Made by a program: the position numbers and the translations under genes. A stretch of DNA of 64,000 nt from Ilumatobacteraceae bacterium. GTDB taxonomy: Bacteria > Actinomycetota > Acidimicrobiia > Acidimicrobiales > Ilumatobacteraceae. Under the pieces are notes generated by a model. The model had not been told where the DNA came from. It was given only the letters and a program-made list of their open reading frames with translations, and ran no database searches. The stretch is from assembly GCA_963779295.1 (NCBI GenBank), contig CAVZXO010000002.1:221927-285926 (forward strand), given 5' to 3'. This document shows positions 60,346 through 64,000 of the stretch, piece after piece; the first letter of the stretch is position 1, and every line of letters starts with the position of its first letter.

Positions 60346-62427
60346 TCAGTCGATGTACATGTAGCAGCCGTATTGGTCGGTGCTGCCCCAGGTCGCGGAG
60401 TCGCGAGCAACCAGCGTGGCGCGGTCGCTGAACTCCATGTTGGTCATTCCGACCGTCACCAACTCGCTGCCGATCGCGAGCGAACGCTGCAGCGGGTTCC
60501 AGCAGCCGTTGTCGACGTGGGACTGGCTGGAGATCGTGCCGCGGCCGACCAACGTCGTGCCATCCAGCTGGGCGACGACCACGCCACCAGCGGGATTGGT
60601 GATCCCGCCGGCCAGGCAGTCGACGGCGAACCCGCAGTTGTTCCAACCGGGCGAGACCGGCAGCACGATCGTGCCGTCCTCGGGCCAGAACAGGAAGGCG
60701 TGGTGATCCCATTCGGCCTCGCTGTATCCACCGATCGGCAGCGTCGACAGTCGCACGGGGTTCGCGGGATCCCGCACGTCGAACAGCGACAGTTGTGTTC
60801 CCTGCACGCGGCCTTCTTCGGTCGCATCTTGGCCAACACCCAAGAGCAGTCCATCGCCCACGGGATGCAGATAGGCGGAGTAGCCGGGGATCTTCAACTC
60901 ACCGGTCATCGTCGGAGCGGTCGGATCGCTGAGGTCGATCACGTACAGCGGGTCCGTTTGGCGGAAGGTCACGACGTACCCCTGGGTGCCGAGGAACCGG
61001 ACTGCGTAGATCTGCTCGGTCTCGCCGAGCCCGTCGACGATCCCGATCTGCGTCAACTCATTGCCGGAGGGCCGCAGCACTCGCACGGCCGAGGTCGACA
61101 CCTCTGCGCCGGTCCAATTGGTGGAGGTGGTGGCAACTCGCAGATCGCCTTCGTACTCGCTCATCGAGAACTGGTTCAGCAACTGGCCGGGCACTTCGCC
61201 CGATGCTTCGTAGGAAGCGGTGCCGTTGGCGCCGAGCGAGAACTTGTGGATCAATGTCGGCGGAGGAGTGGGAGCGCGCTCGATGACGTCACCCGCCGGC
61301 TGGTACCAGTCCCACGGCATGGTCGCCAGGTAGAGGCTGGTCGTCGAGGCGTACACGGTCTCGCCGTTCGACACGATGCCGGCAGATCCGACTGGCTCAC
61401 CCGAGCCCCGCAGGTCGATCGATGCGATCCACGACACGCCCAAGCCGGCGAACTGGCTGGGCGCGGCGACCGCCGAGCAGTCGAGCGTGGTCGAGATGTC
61501 GCCGAACGATCCGTCACTCGATTCGTCGAACGCACGCGGCATCCAGTCCTCGACGGACGACTGCAGTGATGATGTCCTTGTTGCGCTGCAAGCGCACGAT
61601 CCTCGTCGAGGCCGAACTGGTCGGGGTGCACGAACGGCAGGCGAGTGGCCATCGACGATGTCAGCACCAGGCGTGCCGTTCCGTCGATCGCCCGTGAGGC
61701 GACGAGGTAGCCCTCGAGGTGGCTGCGGTGCACCAGCGTGGGCGCCGACACATCGGTGACGTCGAACAGCGAGACGACGGTGTCGATGCCCGAGTAGGGC
61801 TGCGTCACCACGAGAAGGCGAGTGCCGTCGAGCAGCAGTTGATGGCTTCCGTCGGGTACGTCGAGCTTCGCTGTCACCTCTGCGCTCGCGACGTCGACGA
61901 TGCGCACTCCGTCTTGCGAGGCGACGAACACGTGCGTGCCGTCGGTCTCGACGATGTCGCCCTCATCGACGCCGACCTCTTGGGTGTTGGTTCCCGAGAA
62001 GTTCGGTGCCGCAGGAGCCGACGGCGCCACGGCAGCGCCTGCCGCGGAATCCATTGCCGCCACGGTGGTGCTCGCATCCTCCATCATCGGCCCGCCGCGG
62101 TAGCCGTACCACGGCCCGCCGCCCAGGCCCCACGCAGTCACTCGCTGCAACGCTTCGGTCTGCATGTACGCGAGGAGGTCGGGGCATTCGGCGAAGAACC
62201 GCAGCCGCGACGAACCCACAGACGAGAACTTTGCCGGCCCGGGCGAGCCGGTGGTCGGCGTCGTCGTGCCGGGCGTTGTCGGATCGGTTGTCGGATCGGT
62301 GGTGGGAGGTGGTGGTCGGCGCAGTCACCTTGCGCACAGTCGGCGCATCACGGTCGCCCGAGCAACCAGCAAGGGTCAGGGTCGCCGCGGCGACAACGAA
62401 GGCTGCGGTGGGAAGTGTGCGCGTCAT
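60346..62427 (-). pseudogene. Beta-propeller domain (PF09826-like) lipoprotein, frameshifted as assembled (at least twice)
   Basis: ATG 62427 gives MTRTLPTAAFVVAAATLTLAGCSG (lipobox). Beyond a T/P linker the protein continues in ORF 61251..62219 and then ORF 60346..61542 (YLHPVGDGLLLGVGQDA...QLSLFDVRDPANP...WDHHAFLFWP). Frame changes occur near 62310 and 61590. I translated the whole span. Confidence 0.7.
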
Positions 62428-62485
62428 GTCGCTTTCGACGTTGCGACGAAGCAAGTTGGTTCCCGAGCAATTCGCGTCGCACACC

Positions 62486-62530
62486 GACGTCAGACGCAAT
62501 GTGACGTAAGTAGATGTAACATGACGTCAT
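62486..62530 (+). promoter_or_regulatory. Candidate vapBC operator: three ACGT-centred sites, including a perfect 10-bp palindrome over the vapB start codon
   Basis: GACGTC (62486-62491), TGACGTA (62502-62508) and ATGACGTCAT (62521-62530) lie in an unusually AT-rich stretch. The vapB ATG is at 62529. Confidence 0.35.
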
Positions 62531-62789
62531 GAGCCATCGTCTGCAGATCACACTCGACGACCATCACTACGAGTCGCTGATGGCGGAGAGCGAGCGCACC
62601 GGAGCGTCGATGGCCGAGCTGATTCGACAAGCGGTCGAGGCGCGTCTCGGGTTGGAATCAGCCGATCAGCGTGCTGCGCGTTTTCGTCGTGCGCTCGGCG
62701 CTGCAGCCGGCACATGGCACGATCGATCCGAGGATGGGCTGGCGTACCAGCTGCGCATTCGCGCACCGCTGGCGGACCGCTCCCGATGA
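62529..62789 (+). CDS. vapB: Ribbon-helix-helix (CopG/VapB-type) antitoxin
   Basis: 86 aa with an N-terminal RHH pattern (RLQITLDDHHYESLMAESERTGASMAELIRQAVE). Its stop overlaps the vapC start (ATGA). Confidence 0.75.
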   Translation: MSHRLQITLDDHHYESLMAESERTGASMAELIRQAVEARLGLESADQRAARFRRALGAAAGTWHDRSEDGLAYQLRIRAPLADRSR

Positions 62790-63160
62790 TGGTCGTTGTC
62801 GATACGAACGTGCTCGTCGACGTTTTGCGTGGCGACCCGAGAGCCATCGATGCGTTGGAGCGCCGGGCGGCGGACGAGGTCGTCGTGCCGTCCATGGTCC
62901 GATTCGAGGTGCTCGCCGGCGCCCGAACCTCGGAGATGGCAGTCATCTCAAACCTGCTCAGCGCTTGTATCGATGCGCCCGTCGACGCATCGATCGCCGA
63001 TGAGGCCGCCAGCCTGGCGCGGCGCTACATGCGCTCGCACACAGGGATCGATCCAATCGACTACGTCGTCGCCGCGACGGCCCGCCTCCTGGATGCCGAG
63101 TTGTTGACTCGCAACGTGAAGCACTTTCCGATGTTCAGGAGATTGAGGCCGCCGTACTGA
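62786..63160 (+). CDS. vapC: PIN-domain toxin (type II TA)
   Basis: Starts at ATG 62786. MVVVDTNVLVD supplies the first acidic residue, and further conserved acidic positions occur (FEVLAG, DPIDYVVAATA, TRNVKHF). Confidence 0.85.
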   Translation: MMVVVDTNVLVDVLRGDPRAIDALERRAADEVVVPSMVRFEVLAGARTSEMAVISNLLSACIDAPVDASIADEAASLARRYMRSHTGIDPIDYVVAATARLLDAELLTRNVKHFPMFRRLRPPY

Positions 63161-63166
63161 GCTCGG

Positions 63167-64000
<834 letters not shown>

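Overview
This is a high-GC, gene-dense chromosomal segment that looks actinobacterial. The clues are mycothiol/F420-type genes, a PafB/PafC-like WYL regulator pair, HU plus an AKKA-repeat histone-like protein, Ppx/GppA and GlgA/GlgC; the taxonomic call is inference only. I can support about 60 protein-coding genes. Most are housekeeping or central metabolism: sulfite reductase, prfC, argG, glgA-glgC, a liv-type ABC importer, pgl-pgi, gpsA, selD-rnhB and cbs-metB. The window also holds a vapBC module, a decayed DUF222/HNH (13E12-like) gene, two families of short palindromic intergenic repeats and two clear intrinsic terminators. I recognised no rRNA, tRNA, CRISPR array, integrase or transposase. 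Four observations stand out. (1) Roughly 40 single-base frameshifts are concentrated in about 16 genes, while about 40 kb of neighbouring coding sequence is intact, so every pseudogene call here is provisional (assembly artefact versus real decay). (2) A co-directional cluster at 57.5-62.4 kb encodes a beta-propeller lipoprotein and four small exported proteins, three of which share an unannotated two-cysteine module. (3) A 1108-aa class III cyclase-STAND-TPR protein has a non-canonical catalytic residue and no DNA-binding output domain. (4) An HU gene is followed by a separate ORF encoding only the lysine/alanine repeat tail that is normally fused to HU in actinobacteria. None of these can be shown to be a new system from sequence alone. 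Family assignments come from motif recognition and recall, not from searches.
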